Below, in pieces: positions 10,089 through 21,001 of a stretch of 32,000 nucleotides of DNA. The translations under genes were made by a program, and so were the position numbers. The notes under the pieces are model-generated. The model did not search any database. It was not told the DNA's origin and worked only from the letters and a program-made list of their open reading frames with translations. Each line of letters starts with the position of its first letter. The first letter of the stretch is position 1. Origin of the DNA: Wallemia ichthyophaga EXF-994 (Eukaryota > Fungi > Basidiomycota); NCBI RefSeq assembly GCF_000400465.1, contig NW_008806280.1:210001-242000 (forward strand), written 5' to 3'.

Positions 10089-12539
10089 ATCCAAGTGAAC
10101 CGAATAAATTGTCAGACCCACGGATCTCTATGATTTTGAATCAAATCAATGTGAACATTTCATATGTCAAATGGAGGTTAAATGCGATTTCGATAAACAC
10201 ATAGACGTTACCTGCTTTCCAGCAATGGAAATGCCCAGAAATAATTATCAGGCTTACTTTTTACGTCTATTTACTCTTCATCGTAGCTAGAGCATGTACA
10301 TTATCGTTTTTCAAGGATATTGCGATTTAGAATATTATGTCATGATTTCTGGACTTTTAACATACAAATGGCTGAACGGCTGTCTGTTTGGTTCACTTTT
10401 CTTTTCTCCTCAATCTTATCCTTTCCTCAGTGCCAGTGTTTTTATGAATCGTGACCAAATTGCTATTATAAATAGTGAGTGCGTATTAATCAGAGATATC
10501 TTAGAAAACTCAATGACAAATGGATACCTTTTTGGGACTGTGTTCAATTTGTCTTAACCTTACGCAATTATTTGGACTAGCGGATCCAATTACATTCTGA
10601 TATTTGCATAATTATCTTTGTATTTTGATAATGCATATCGTTTTAAGCAATTTTATTCTTCTTTTTCGAAGCGTGCAGGGTTCGGTAATTCTGTTAATTA
10701 AGATACAGCCATGACGTGGATTTTGACGACTCCGGCCATTGCAACCATTACCCCTTTTCTATAAAAGTTTTTGTTTCACATCGATAACTCATCTTAGCAA
10801 TTTAATTCCATCACAAAGTTTGTTAAGGCACTGTTAAGGTTCAGAGTTGTACTTGAGAAATGACTTGTACAGTAAATTTAACATCCATTATAATAATTAA
10901 TTAGAATGTAATATAAAAATAGCGTGACCTTTAAAGTGTTCTGCTTGAAATCTGTCCTGGAGGTTTATCCGATAAGGCTACGAGGAGAAGGTAAAAGACG
11001 TTTACGAGACGGCGAAGAGAGAGCGTGACGATAAAAAGGGCTTGGGATTAATATTGGGTTTGTCACCTAACAGATTCAGACTAGTGACTTAAGCAATGTC
11101 AGATATTATAATTATATTAGTTATGATGTTAAGATACAGTTAAAAATTAGCGTGGCTCGTGACATCTCGTAATTAACAAGTCTGCAATTCTTTTAAGTTT
11201 TAGACTGCTGGGTTGAGGAACGGTTTGTACAGCGAATGAGCAGATGGAATAAAGTGAACATGAAGTTTTCCGACGATGACTCACTATCGATTCAGAATGA
11301 ATGTCCGGCGACCAGTGACTATCCGACCACACAACCGAAAGCGTTGACGAGAAAAGTCAGCGATATGACACTTTGACAGAAGGAAAGAGAATAAGATATA
11401 TATCGTATGTTCTCTTGGTATCGTTTGATGAGTTGACATCATTAGTCTCTGAAATTTGGACGACGTATATTCTTGCGCTGCCTAAACAAGAGGATCACGC
11501 AACTTGAATTCCTAGCGTATCTTGCATACAACAAGACAGCGAGCTTTCCTAGTGTATTATTGAGGAATTATTGTTTCAGCTTATTGAGTTGCGATGACTA
11601 CTGAGGAGTGGTACCAGCAGATACGGGTATTGAGGCAGTTAGGGAGGGAAGAACAGGTGGAGTTTGGAATTATTGACAGCATTTTTGGTGACTGATAAGC
11701 GAAAGAAAAGTACGCCTTCAAATTACAACGCTGAACTTATAGTTAAGCGCGTCAATATCACGTCTTCCTTTCGTGGACATACCGTCGTTTGAAGGCTGAA
11801 GAGTGCTATTAGATTCTTAGATAGCTTAAATGTAGCTCTAATACACTCAGGATTATTTTTTACCATGCTTCCCCTCTCACAGTCGAAAATACCATGCTCA
11901 ATGACGTATTTTTTACAGCATCATCGGTAGTACAAAGTGGGGAGATTTAGATATCATTATGTGCAGAGTACCTGTGTGAGAAGAATTCAAATGCCCTTAT
12001 CATGAATAACTTAAGTAATTTGCTCTACACTCGTCCAGCTAAATTTGACATAATGCAGTGAGTGTGATTTAAGATCTAAAAATATTTGTTCCTAAAATCA
12101 TAACATCTAAGATTCCAATCCAGTCTATAATACCTGTCAAACCCTATTGTTTGAAATTTCGAAATGCACTACTGGTCATAAAAATAAAGTCTCCTTGGAG
12201 CCAGCATGAAATCCTGTGGACGCTAATTGTCGGAGAACGTAAATCACGTTTATACAGCCGAAATTCTGAGCTGATTGGGTGCTACTTGTCTTCATCAGCT
12301 AGACATATTTGTTTATTTATATATGAAGCGCGTGACATCGTTCATAGTAATCCTATTTGCATTCGACTTCTCACTTACTTGGTCATTTGCAAGGTGCCTT
12401 GAGCGTATTTAGCTCAATAGATTTCTTCAAAACGCTTTAGATAGTATTAAATTAACATTCAAATCACCCTATCATATACAGAGATGAGTCTCAGATCCAG
12501 TATTTAAGGATCCAAGGGATACAACTGTTAAGCAATATT
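10089..12539. repeat. Right arm of long inverted repeat (~2.45 kb)
   Basis: Reverse complement of 5940-8390, with mismatches at 12533, 12524, 11202, 11181, 11162 and 10091. Confidence 0.98.
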
Positions 12540-12713
12540 GAAACCCTTAGAAGTAATCAATTCGTGCATTTTTCTTCTGTATGCATTACTTGCATTAGTG
12601 AATGTGTGACTCAACCAGGAACGAGAAAGCGAAGGAATGATATATATTACATCAATCCGGTATATACCATTAAGAGACTACATCTATTATAATGTGCAAA
12701 GTATAAAATACAG

Positions 12714-15537
12714 TTAACTTTCAATCAGACCGAGTCTCTCCTTCGATCTCTTGCTAGCGCGATATAGCTCATGAAGAGCTTTCCTAACTCCATTAAAGTC
12801 ACAAGCCTCTATACAGCTGTTGTAAACATTTAGTAAACGCTAGTAGCCTATAAAAATCTAACTCACGACGTATACTTGTCAATGAAAAAGCTCTGATCCG
12901 CCATACCCACATTGACCAGCTTGGATTGCTGAATAATAGCAGGTATGACGTTTTTCATCAGCGCAGCATCGAACTCTGAAAGCTGTCTTAGGAGAGTGAT
13001 AACCGTACTGGTGCAGTCTTCCGGGAAGGTGTTGAGTAAACCTTGTAATAGTACTTTTGTTAAATTGGCGATATTAGTATGATTCGAGAGGGTGTTCTTG
13101 ATTGTATTTTTGTCCACTTCAACGTTGTCACCACTAGTTAAGTATCCAACTAATGATCTTATGAAATCCAATGAGATCAAGATTGTGTCAACACTAAACA
13201 ACGTTAATGCAGTGAGGGATAATTCGAAAATAGGCTGAATCACGCTTCCATTGATAACGAGTGCAGGTCTGAGATCAATGATCTGTAGTAATAAATGCAA
13301 ATAATCTTCAACTAAGTCAGGTATTTTGGTTGCATCAGTTGATTGTAAAATTGAGAATAATTTATTAGATATTTTGTTGAACGATTGACTTATAAGCTGT
13401 TTATCGTTAGCAGCATAGTTAAAAGCCTTGGTCAGCAACCAAATATACACTGATAGAGGATTTAAGTCGAATGAATTGGTCAGTAATTCAATTAACTTTG
13501 GTATAACTGTAACGACAGCCTGCTCATCGAAGAATCTTAATCCCTTTCTAAACAATCCACAGACTCTTTCGATCAAAGTCGCTGATGACCTATTATGATG
13601 GACAATAATACTTGCGAATACGTCATACAACTCATAAAAAGTCACCTGGCATTGGATTGGTAAGGGTGCGATTGGACCTGTGAAGGCAATGTAGCATTCA
13701 ATTTGCTCTATATTGATAATCAAGATCTTGATATCATCATGAGATAAAGTGCTCTTCGTGATAACCCCCTTGACATTATTCAAGTATGGTTGAGTGAACT
13801 TCTGTATGAGAGCCAACTGATCGTTCTTATCGCTGATGGACTCAATGACCAAAGAGATGGATTCGGAGATAGATCTGTGATCATCTTCTTGTAAACCAGA
13901 CTGAATTAGTTGATTGTTGAACTCCAATAGTTGAGGTAAATAAGGTATCAATTGCTTGTTGCAGTCTTCGCATAAGAACTTTAAAGCTTGCGAAGAAGCA
14001 GCAGGGATGTCAACATCCTTACAACTGAGATCGAAACCTGTTGTGATAAACGACATATAGAATGGAATGTGGTCAGGCTTTAAATTGATCCACTCAGTAA
14101 ACCTAGAAGCAACCAATATACCTGCATACTTGATTCTAGGATGTTGAGGAAGGTTTGGCAGCAAATTGAAGATGTTCTCTAAAATTTCATTGTCGCTCTG
14201 GTAATCGACTTTGGAGCCCATAGACCTAATTGAAAAGAGAGGCGCTTCAACTGATTGCCATTCATTTGAATTAATTGCAGTAAGAATCAAGGAATACGAC
14301 CTAGACAAGCAGTAGCTTGATCCTATCACAGTGCAACAATCTTTTAAGGTGTCACCAATGTAATGCCTAAATGATCTGAAGTCATCATACTCTTGAGCAG
14401 TGATAGTGGATTCATCGAGAGGAAATTTTAAATGATTGATGAAAATGTCAAGCAAAGACGAGTAGATTGGTACGAAATGCGGCTTTAAATCACTCTTTAT
14501 GTCCAGAGAATGAGCCAGCTTGTACCAGAAGTTGAAGGTGATCTGGGCTATGTCTAAATCGTGATAGGATGATGATGAAATAATGGCTTGAATGACATGG
14601 CTGAATGACGAAGGTGATGATAACATGAGCGGCAAGTAAGTTTCACCGACTTGGCAGTACAGTCTGGTGAAAAGTCTAACAGCGTCGTTATCTTCTTGGT
14701 CAATGTTGAGTGGCTTTGATAACTCTAATAAGATGACAGTGATTAGCTCGTTATTATCTTGTAGCTCTTGAGACTCATTGATAAGGACTATAAGAGTTTC
14801 AATACCAGACTCGACCAAACTTTCGTCTTGAAGTGAGTTTAAAAGGGAGGACAAAATGTTGGAATTAAGCAAAGAAGATGGAAAAATTTCGCCAGAGACT
14901 AGCCAAGATTTCAAGCAATTAAAGACTAAAGCATTGTCTGTGTTGCTATTGGCAATATACGAGTCCAAAAGCTGTAAGACTTTATTGGAGTTGTTGGTAA
15001 GGAGAGTGGATGAACGGTGAGAGAGCTGGTCGTAAGAAAGCTGAATTCTTTGATTATTGACTTCTTCAGGTAAAATGGTCAAAAAGTCAAGTAGAATGTC
15101 ATTATTTGCCGAGTAGAAGGACTCAACGTAATCAGTCACGGGATCTGACCAATCAAAGTACTGAATGGCCAAATCAGCTAACGATAAATTCAAATAAGTC
15201 TTCAAAACGCGTGGATGATTAGATTTAACTAAAGAGGAAAGCAAAGTGTCTTTAAGTGAGGATAGTGATTGATATGGCAACTGGTCGAAATCGTAGATAA
15301 TTTTTGATCTAAACGTCTGCACTGCGAATAGTTTTAATTCCAAAGGTAAATTATCCTCGACTAAGAGGTCGTTGGATATTTGCCATGCATCTTGCTACGC
15401 GAGTGGTTAGAAACGCAGGCCAAGCACGTGTAACTCACAGTCTGTTGAAACGATTGCAGATATTCATTGGCTAGTGATTTTTTGCTGTTATCTGCATCAT
15501 AGTATAAAATATTCAACGCCTCTATAACTTGAGCCAT
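12714..15537 (-). CDS. MTR10: Transportin-SR / Mtr10 importin-beta family nuclear import receptor, spliced
   Basis: ATG 15537 (MAQVIEALNILYYDADNSKKSLANEYLQSFQQT), intron, then QDAWQISNDLL..ELKLFAVQTFRSKIIYD, DFLTILPEE, TFNFWYKL, FRSFRHYIGDTLKDCC, WQSVEAPLFSIRSMG. Final intron 12817-12866 leads to a last exon ending in TAA at 12714. Confidence 0.93.
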
Positions 15538-15558
15538 CACAAACGAGAAACAAGAATA
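15538..15558. promoter_or_regulatory. 21-bp gap between divergent MTR10 and COA1 start codons
   Basis: The CAT of MTR10 ends at 15537 and the ATG of COA1 begins at 15559. Promoter elements cannot fit here and must overlap the coding regions. Confidence 0.6.
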
Positions 15559-16059
15559 ATGTCAAATATCAAGTTAGACGATATTCAATTTAAAAGATTT
15601 AACAAGCCATTGCCACCGAGATCTTCTCCTTTTAAATCTTTATCCTTACTTCTTGGCCTTTCTCTTTCATCGTGGGCCGTCTTCCTCACTTATTCAAACA
15701 ACGCCGAGAGGCTTTCTTCTTCCGTGGTGAAAGAGCTCATTAGGCAGAGCAAATTTCATCCTCTCACCAGAGATGTACTCGGTGCACCGATAAGACCCGC
15801 TTCAGATAACTGGTTTCTGTTGGGTGGTCTCTTAGGATCAACTTGGGTTAACGGCTCAGTTTCAATGATGCAAGGCAAGGTAGATATTAGTTTGAGGCTT
15901 AAAGGGTCTTTAGATTCAGGTACCGTGTACTTTACTTCAATTAGGAACTCAAATAAAGACAAGTTCAACATTCTGAGATACAAGTTGATCGACGATAACG
16001 GTACTCATCATAATCTATTGAATCAATCATCGATACAAGACTTTGAAAGCATTGAATAG
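15559..16059 (+). CDS. COA1: Cytochrome c oxidase assembly factor Coa1-like mitochondrial inner-membrane protein
   Basis: First in-frame ATG is 15559 (the track starts at a TTG at 15529). One hydrophobic segment followed by NAERLSSSVV..LG..I..W..GSVSMMQGKVDISLRLKGSLDSGTVYFTSIR, the fungal Coa1 pattern. Confidence 0.75.
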   Translation: MSNIKLDDIQFKRFNKPLPPRSSPFKSLSLLLGLSLSSWAVFLTYSNNAERLSSSVVKELIRQSKFHPLTRDVLGAPIRPASDNWFLLGGLLGSTWVNGSVSMMQGKVDISLRLKGSLDSGTVYFTSIRNSNKDKFNILRYKLIDDNGTHHNLLNQSSIQDFESIE

Positions 16060-16063
16060 CTTT

Positions 16064-17378
16064 TTACTTGGCATTTACATACCCCAACTCATTCAATCCC
16101 TCTTTCACCACTTGTAACACTCTGTCCACATCTTGTCTCTTCTCATTCACTACACTTTCACCCATGTGTCCCACTCTCATGTATTGATCCTTGCAATCCT
16201 TATGCAATCCACCTGCAGCGACGACACCTCTCTTAACAATACACTTGAGTAAGTCTGCACCTTTTACACCGCTTGGATAGACAATAGTTGTCATTCCATT
16301 GGCTTGATATCCCTCATCACAGGCAAGCTGTTTCAATCCCCAGCTGTGGATAACTTTCTTGAAATTGTTTGAAACTTCCTTGTGCTTTCTGAAGCGATGT
16401 TCCAAGCTACAATGGCTATTCTCAACTATAGCCTTGAGTGTTGTGTTAAGTGCATATATCAGTTGTACTGGTGGTGTAGCAAAGTAGGCTGGTTGATTAC
16501 TCTCGTATGCTCTCATTACGGGCAGCCAGCGAGACCAGTTAGCATAGTAGCTTGATGCTGGTGATTTTCTAGATTGCTGTACTTTAATAGCTCTTTCAGA
16601 CGCCCAAACTAGCGATAAACCAGGTGGAGCACCGATTCCTTTCTGAGATGCGCTGACAATTACCTGTGCATTAACGTTAGAAGCAGGCCATATGTTAGCT
16701 TTCACCCACATCGATGCTCCAGTCATCGAATCTGATCAACTCCGATCCAACGCTACACACACCATCGAGTACAACTAAACAGTGAGGTTGCAATTGTTTG
16801 ACGACCTTTGCAACTGTTTCAATATCACTCAAAACACCAGTAGAAGTGTCTACGTGAGTTAAAGTGACTAACTTGTATTGCTTTTGCTTTAAAGTGTCTT
16901 GCAATTGATCAATCGAGACGGATCTACCGATTTGGCACTTTAGATGATCAACGTTGCCACCATAGACACTGAGGCAATTCCCAAACTCATCGCCAAAGTA
17001 GCCTGTGTTGATGACTAAGGCGTTATCGCCTGACTCTATAAGATTGCTGCCAACTTGATCCCAACCTAGTGTACCGCTGCCGGAGACGATAAATGGCTGG
17101 GCTGAGTCGCTGTAGACCAAGCTCCTGAGCATCTTGATACAGTGCCCAAACACAGGTATAAAGTTGGGTGACACGTGGGATACTGAGGGATGGGCATTTG
17201 CGTAAAGTACCTTAGATTATTAGGATTAGATTAATGTACTTGATGGGCTAGCAGAATAACAGCGCAACCCACTTCATCGGAAACTTCTATTGGTCCTCTA
17301 CATCAAGTCAGCCAACACAGGCAATGCACGTGTCACCTACGGTATAACCAGCAGCGAGTGGTCCTCTTGCTTAAACAT
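16064..17378 (-). CDS. AGX1: Alanine-glyoxylate / serine-pyruvate aminotransferase (class V PLP enzyme), spliced
   Basis: ATG 17378 (MFKQEDHSLLVIP|GPIEVSDEV). Motifs GSGTLGWD, THVDTSTGV, VLDGVCS, SASQKGIGAPPG (PLP lysine), YFATPPVQL, RVGHMG. Confidence 0.92.
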
Positions 17379-17576
17379 TGGTGTAATTATATGTTGACTG
17401 ATTTGGTTCAACCGCTCCACTGCGTGCCCCGTCATTCTATACTATCTCCGTTTTCCTGTCACACGCCGATAAACGGGACTCCTTCGCGACACCGTGCAAA
17501 TGTCATTAAAAATTAAATAATTTACTCAAATCTGTACAGATGCAGTTTGCTATCCAATTTTATTCAATCGATACCT

Positions 17577-20500
17577 TTATTCTTCCTCGCCGGCGTAAGA
17601 AACATTTGCCTCAGCTGACTCGGCAATTTCATTTGTCTCATTTGTCTCATTTGTCTCACTCTTCAGCTGCTCCTCCGCATCCACTCTAGCTTTCCCTCCG
17701 ATGCTCCTGTTCGTGCGCTTCCTATAAAACAACAAGTACGCTGCTCGTGTTTTCACACTGTCTTTGTCCACCTTGGACACGAACGAGTCGTCGAAATGGT
17801 AGAACTCTTTAGAATCATGGTTGCGTGCGTAAGAAGTGTAGTGTCCACCACCGAGCCCACCGCTGTTAGTCGTTAGATAGTCAATCGTATCATCAACCAC
17901 TCCACCCACTAATGATTGTCGATGGCATACAGATCATACACTGCATCCTCTTCACTGTTCTCAATTCCAACGTCTGCTGGGTTGCCGCCGTTCAATCTAA
18001 TCTCTTTAGCCACTTGCTTCTCCCCAATCCTGTCATCGATATTGAATTCTTCCACAGGGAAGTCAACAAGCTGATCTAATTTATCGCGATTGTATCTCGA
18101 ACTTGCGAATCTTTTGAGGTGAACAACCAACACATCAGGTACTTTCCAGAGATCGAACTTCTTTGTTGCCTGTTGATGCTTTTTACATTTGGAACAATAC
18201 CAAAGGTCTTCTTCACCCAGCTTCTCTTCCTTTGTGAATTCGTCCAAGCAATCCTCAATTGTTATGTTCTTGCTTGGGTTCTTCACCGTCTCTCTCGACT
18301 GCACCATCTCTGGATCTTGGATTATCTCAAATTCTTCCCACTTTTCTGAACTGAGATCATTACCGAACACCTTCTCAGCTACTTCTTGATTCCATTCCAC
18401 TACAATAGCTTCGCCGAATTTTATTAATGAGATACTTTTCTGACGATCACTATCCACTGTCGAATACATTTCTTCGACGCTCTGTGAAGGAGTTGATTGT
18501 ACATCACCACCTTCTTTCATCTTGGAATCACCCTCCTCATCAATTTCCTTCACATCTTCAATATGCTCAATGTGCTCGATGTTTTGAGCGGCTTGTGCTG
18601 ATAAAGATGTAGATTGTAATAACTTCTCAGCGATTCCAGCCCTGACCTTGAGATCTGACTTTTTGTTACGTTCATATTGTGAGTTTCTTCCAGTGTTAAC
18701 ATCTGATGATCTAGAGAGGTAGCTAGAGCTGGATGGGGCTTCTAAATGTCTAAGTGTAACACTATCTCTATTGTCTTTGATCTGATTAAAGGTCCCTTTA
18801 TCTACGACAAAGTGTGCATACCTCTCCATGATAGCTTGGTAAATCTTGTCGAAATTCTGTGCATCAACTATAGGCAAAGCAATCATCATAGGTTTACCAA
18901 AAACATCACCGCTTGAATAAGTCGAAGAGTTGTCTTGGAATGCTGATGAGTATACAGGACATATCACCCAATCAGTTTCAAACACTCTGTTAACTTTATC
19001 CTTTCTATCTTGTGGTATGTGTATTGGTAACTCATAAACGAAGCATATATCACCTGTTTGCATTTCACTGACCAATTCATCGTCTAAGAATGTTTTGAAA
19101 ATATTTCCTTTGTACTCTTCAGCGACCCATAAGTTGGTTGATTCAACACCAGTAAGTGACGACACCTTATTCTTCAAACCTTTGAAAGATGAATTTGTAG
19201 AAAGCTCCAAGTCAATTCTTAACCTCTTTTTGTTATAATCAAATGGAATAAAGTAAACACTTCCATACCATTTTGACTTAATTGGCAGCGGTAACGTCAA
19301 ATACATGAATGGATCAAAAGTTATTGAAACCCTGTCACATTCAGGACAATTGACGGTAGATTTGAATTGACCTTGGAACAAATCAACAATAATACTATCG
19401 TTCCTTTGCTTATATAAGTCCCAGCAAACTTTGCCCAATTTTGCTACATCAACGGCACTACCGCCCTCCCAGTCAGGTATCTCAGTGTATGGCTTTTTCT
19501 TAATTCTGTTGAGATCTTCATGCAAGCCATCTAGAAGAAAAGCCAGAAACTCTTGCGTATCTTGCTGACCATAGCCTGCAAATGATGGTGCAAACTTAGA
19601 CAAGGTGTACTTGAATTCACGGGGTGCAACCGAGGATGAGACGCCGTACCAAAGTTTGTTAATCAATTGACCGAAGGATTCAGCTACTTGGCCTGACATA
19701 CCCAGTGGATTATCTGGGTTTAACTCTTTCTCGAAAAGTCCACTCAAGAAGTAAATACTCAGCTCTGACGTGTTACTCAAGCATTGTAAGGCTGAGTTCA
19801 TAAAGCAAGTGTTGCCCAAATTCTGCAATCCTACCAAACCTTTGGTTTTGACCTTTTGTTGAGATGTTTGTGAACGTGTCATCACTTTAGAGTCTTGAGA
19901 AGGATACTGCTGTTGTTGCTGCGATTCAAGTCTATCAATGAGGCCAGGTTTTCCGAATGGTTGACTCAGCATCTTTTGTTCGTAGTCGTCGTAAACCCAA
20001 TTGCCTAGTTTATCACAGACTTCTAAACAGAATGTCCCACCATCTTCGAGCATTGCTTCATTTATTTTCATGTTACCGTTTGACGTTTCAATGGCCTCTC
20101 TTTCCGAGTTGGGGAGGTAGTATAATGTATCAATCTTGATTGGCGATGAGATGTTGTACGGTACGCGCCAAAGACGTGCTCTATAGGAGATATCTGATGA
20201 GTCGTTGACCATGTCAGGATAGAGCGTTGCGATTGACATGTTGAGTAGCGTTGACAGTGGTGATTCGATTGAAAGGTTAAACTTTATCTCCTGCTCGGAT
20301 ACAACCAACGTAGATGACGATTGCGATTGTGATTCAATAGCTATAATTCTGAATGTAGGCGGGTAAAGTTCAACTCTCTCTGAATTTGCCATTTCCGATG
20401 TCTTAACGACTACACGCTGGATGAGAGGACCATTGTAGCCAAAGCTGATAATTTTATTAACTTGTTGAATCGATATTGATATTCAAAAGCACGTACCATT

Positions 20501-20927
20501 CGTCCAACTTCTTGTTAACGTGTTCCGGAACCATTTCAATATGCTCACCGAGTTGTAGATTTGGTAATAAATAGCAATCATCGGTAATAATTTCAGTTGG
20601 AATTGGACCAATTTCATCAGATATCTCGCCTTTTACGCGTTTTTCTAATAGATCGAGCCAATTTTTAGGGATAACATACCAAATGTCACCTTGCTCTAGA
20701 GGATAGGACAAAGCAGTGTAAATGAGATTCCAAATTTGAGATAAATCTTGAGAAATAGAGAGATCCTGAACGTTGTCTTGGATTGAAGGAGTTGTTGGCT
20801 GCTCAATTTCAATTTGAGCGTCGTCAGCGATTTCACCTTCGCGCTCTTCTGAGTTGTTGCGCTTCGAAGGGCTCTCAGAGTGATGTACACCTTCTAAATC
20901 TCTAAAGCTGCGCTTATTCGATACCAT
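17577..20927 (-). CDS. UBP12: Ubiquitin C-terminal hydrolase with DUSP domain (Ubp12 / USP4-11-15 family), spliced
   Basis: ATG 20927. DUSP-like [12 protein letters not shown]. Cys box [38 protein letters not shown], zinc-finger CPEC and WYCSKC. His box DNHY|GGLGGGHYT restored by intron 17862-17909. Confidence 0.93.
17630..17658. repeat. 9-bp coding microrepeat (CATTTGTCT x3) encoding [10 protein letters not shown] in the UBP12 tail
   Basis: Three exact units are visible at 17630-17656. Confidence 0.9.
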
Positions 20928-21001
20928 CTCTGCGCGCGCGGATGATGATCGTTACGAAGAATTGAGCGGAGTACTCGCGTTTCTCCTAACAGTCATTTAA
21001 T
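20928..21001. promoter_or_regulatory. 74-bp divergent intergenic region shared by UBP12 and SEC28
   Basis: Head-to-head ATGs at 20927 (-) and 21002 (+). Contains a GCGCGCGCG run and a CGCG site. No specific factor assigned. Confidence 0.55.

Larger units (their letters stand above)
5940..12539. other. Candidate short regional centromere (IR arm - AT-rich core - IR arm)
   Basis: A 6.6-kb palindromic gene-free element in a genome whose other intergenic gaps in this window are 4-320 bp. Layout matches inverted-repeat centromeres of Komagataella phaffii and Candida tropicalis. Function is inferred, not shown. Confidence 0.6.

Noticed and set aside
5940-12539. Foldback or long-TIR DNA transposon
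   Set aside because: No target-site duplication (left flank ..GAGAGCTTG, right flank GAAACCCTT..), no transposase ORF in the core, no internal tandem subrepeats, and blurred rather than sharp ends. Not fully excluded without a genome-wide copy count.
5737-12713. tRNA genes at the repeat boundaries
   Set aside because: No A-box/B-box pair or cloverleaf recognised by eye. tRNAscan-SE would be decisive.
15529-15558. TTG-initiated N-terminal extension of COA1 from the ORF track
   Set aside because: It overlaps the MTR10 start codon, and an in-frame ATG is available at 15559.
17862-17911. Apparent stop and frameshift splitting UBP12 (possible pseudogene or recoding)
   Set aside because: A 48-bp GT..CTAAC..AG intron (17909-17862) restores the conserved [12 protein letters not shown] His box.
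20931-20940. GCGCGCGCG run as a Z-DNA or specific regulatory element
   Set aside because: Too short to support a claim. Noted only as part of the UBP12/SEC28 divergent promoter.
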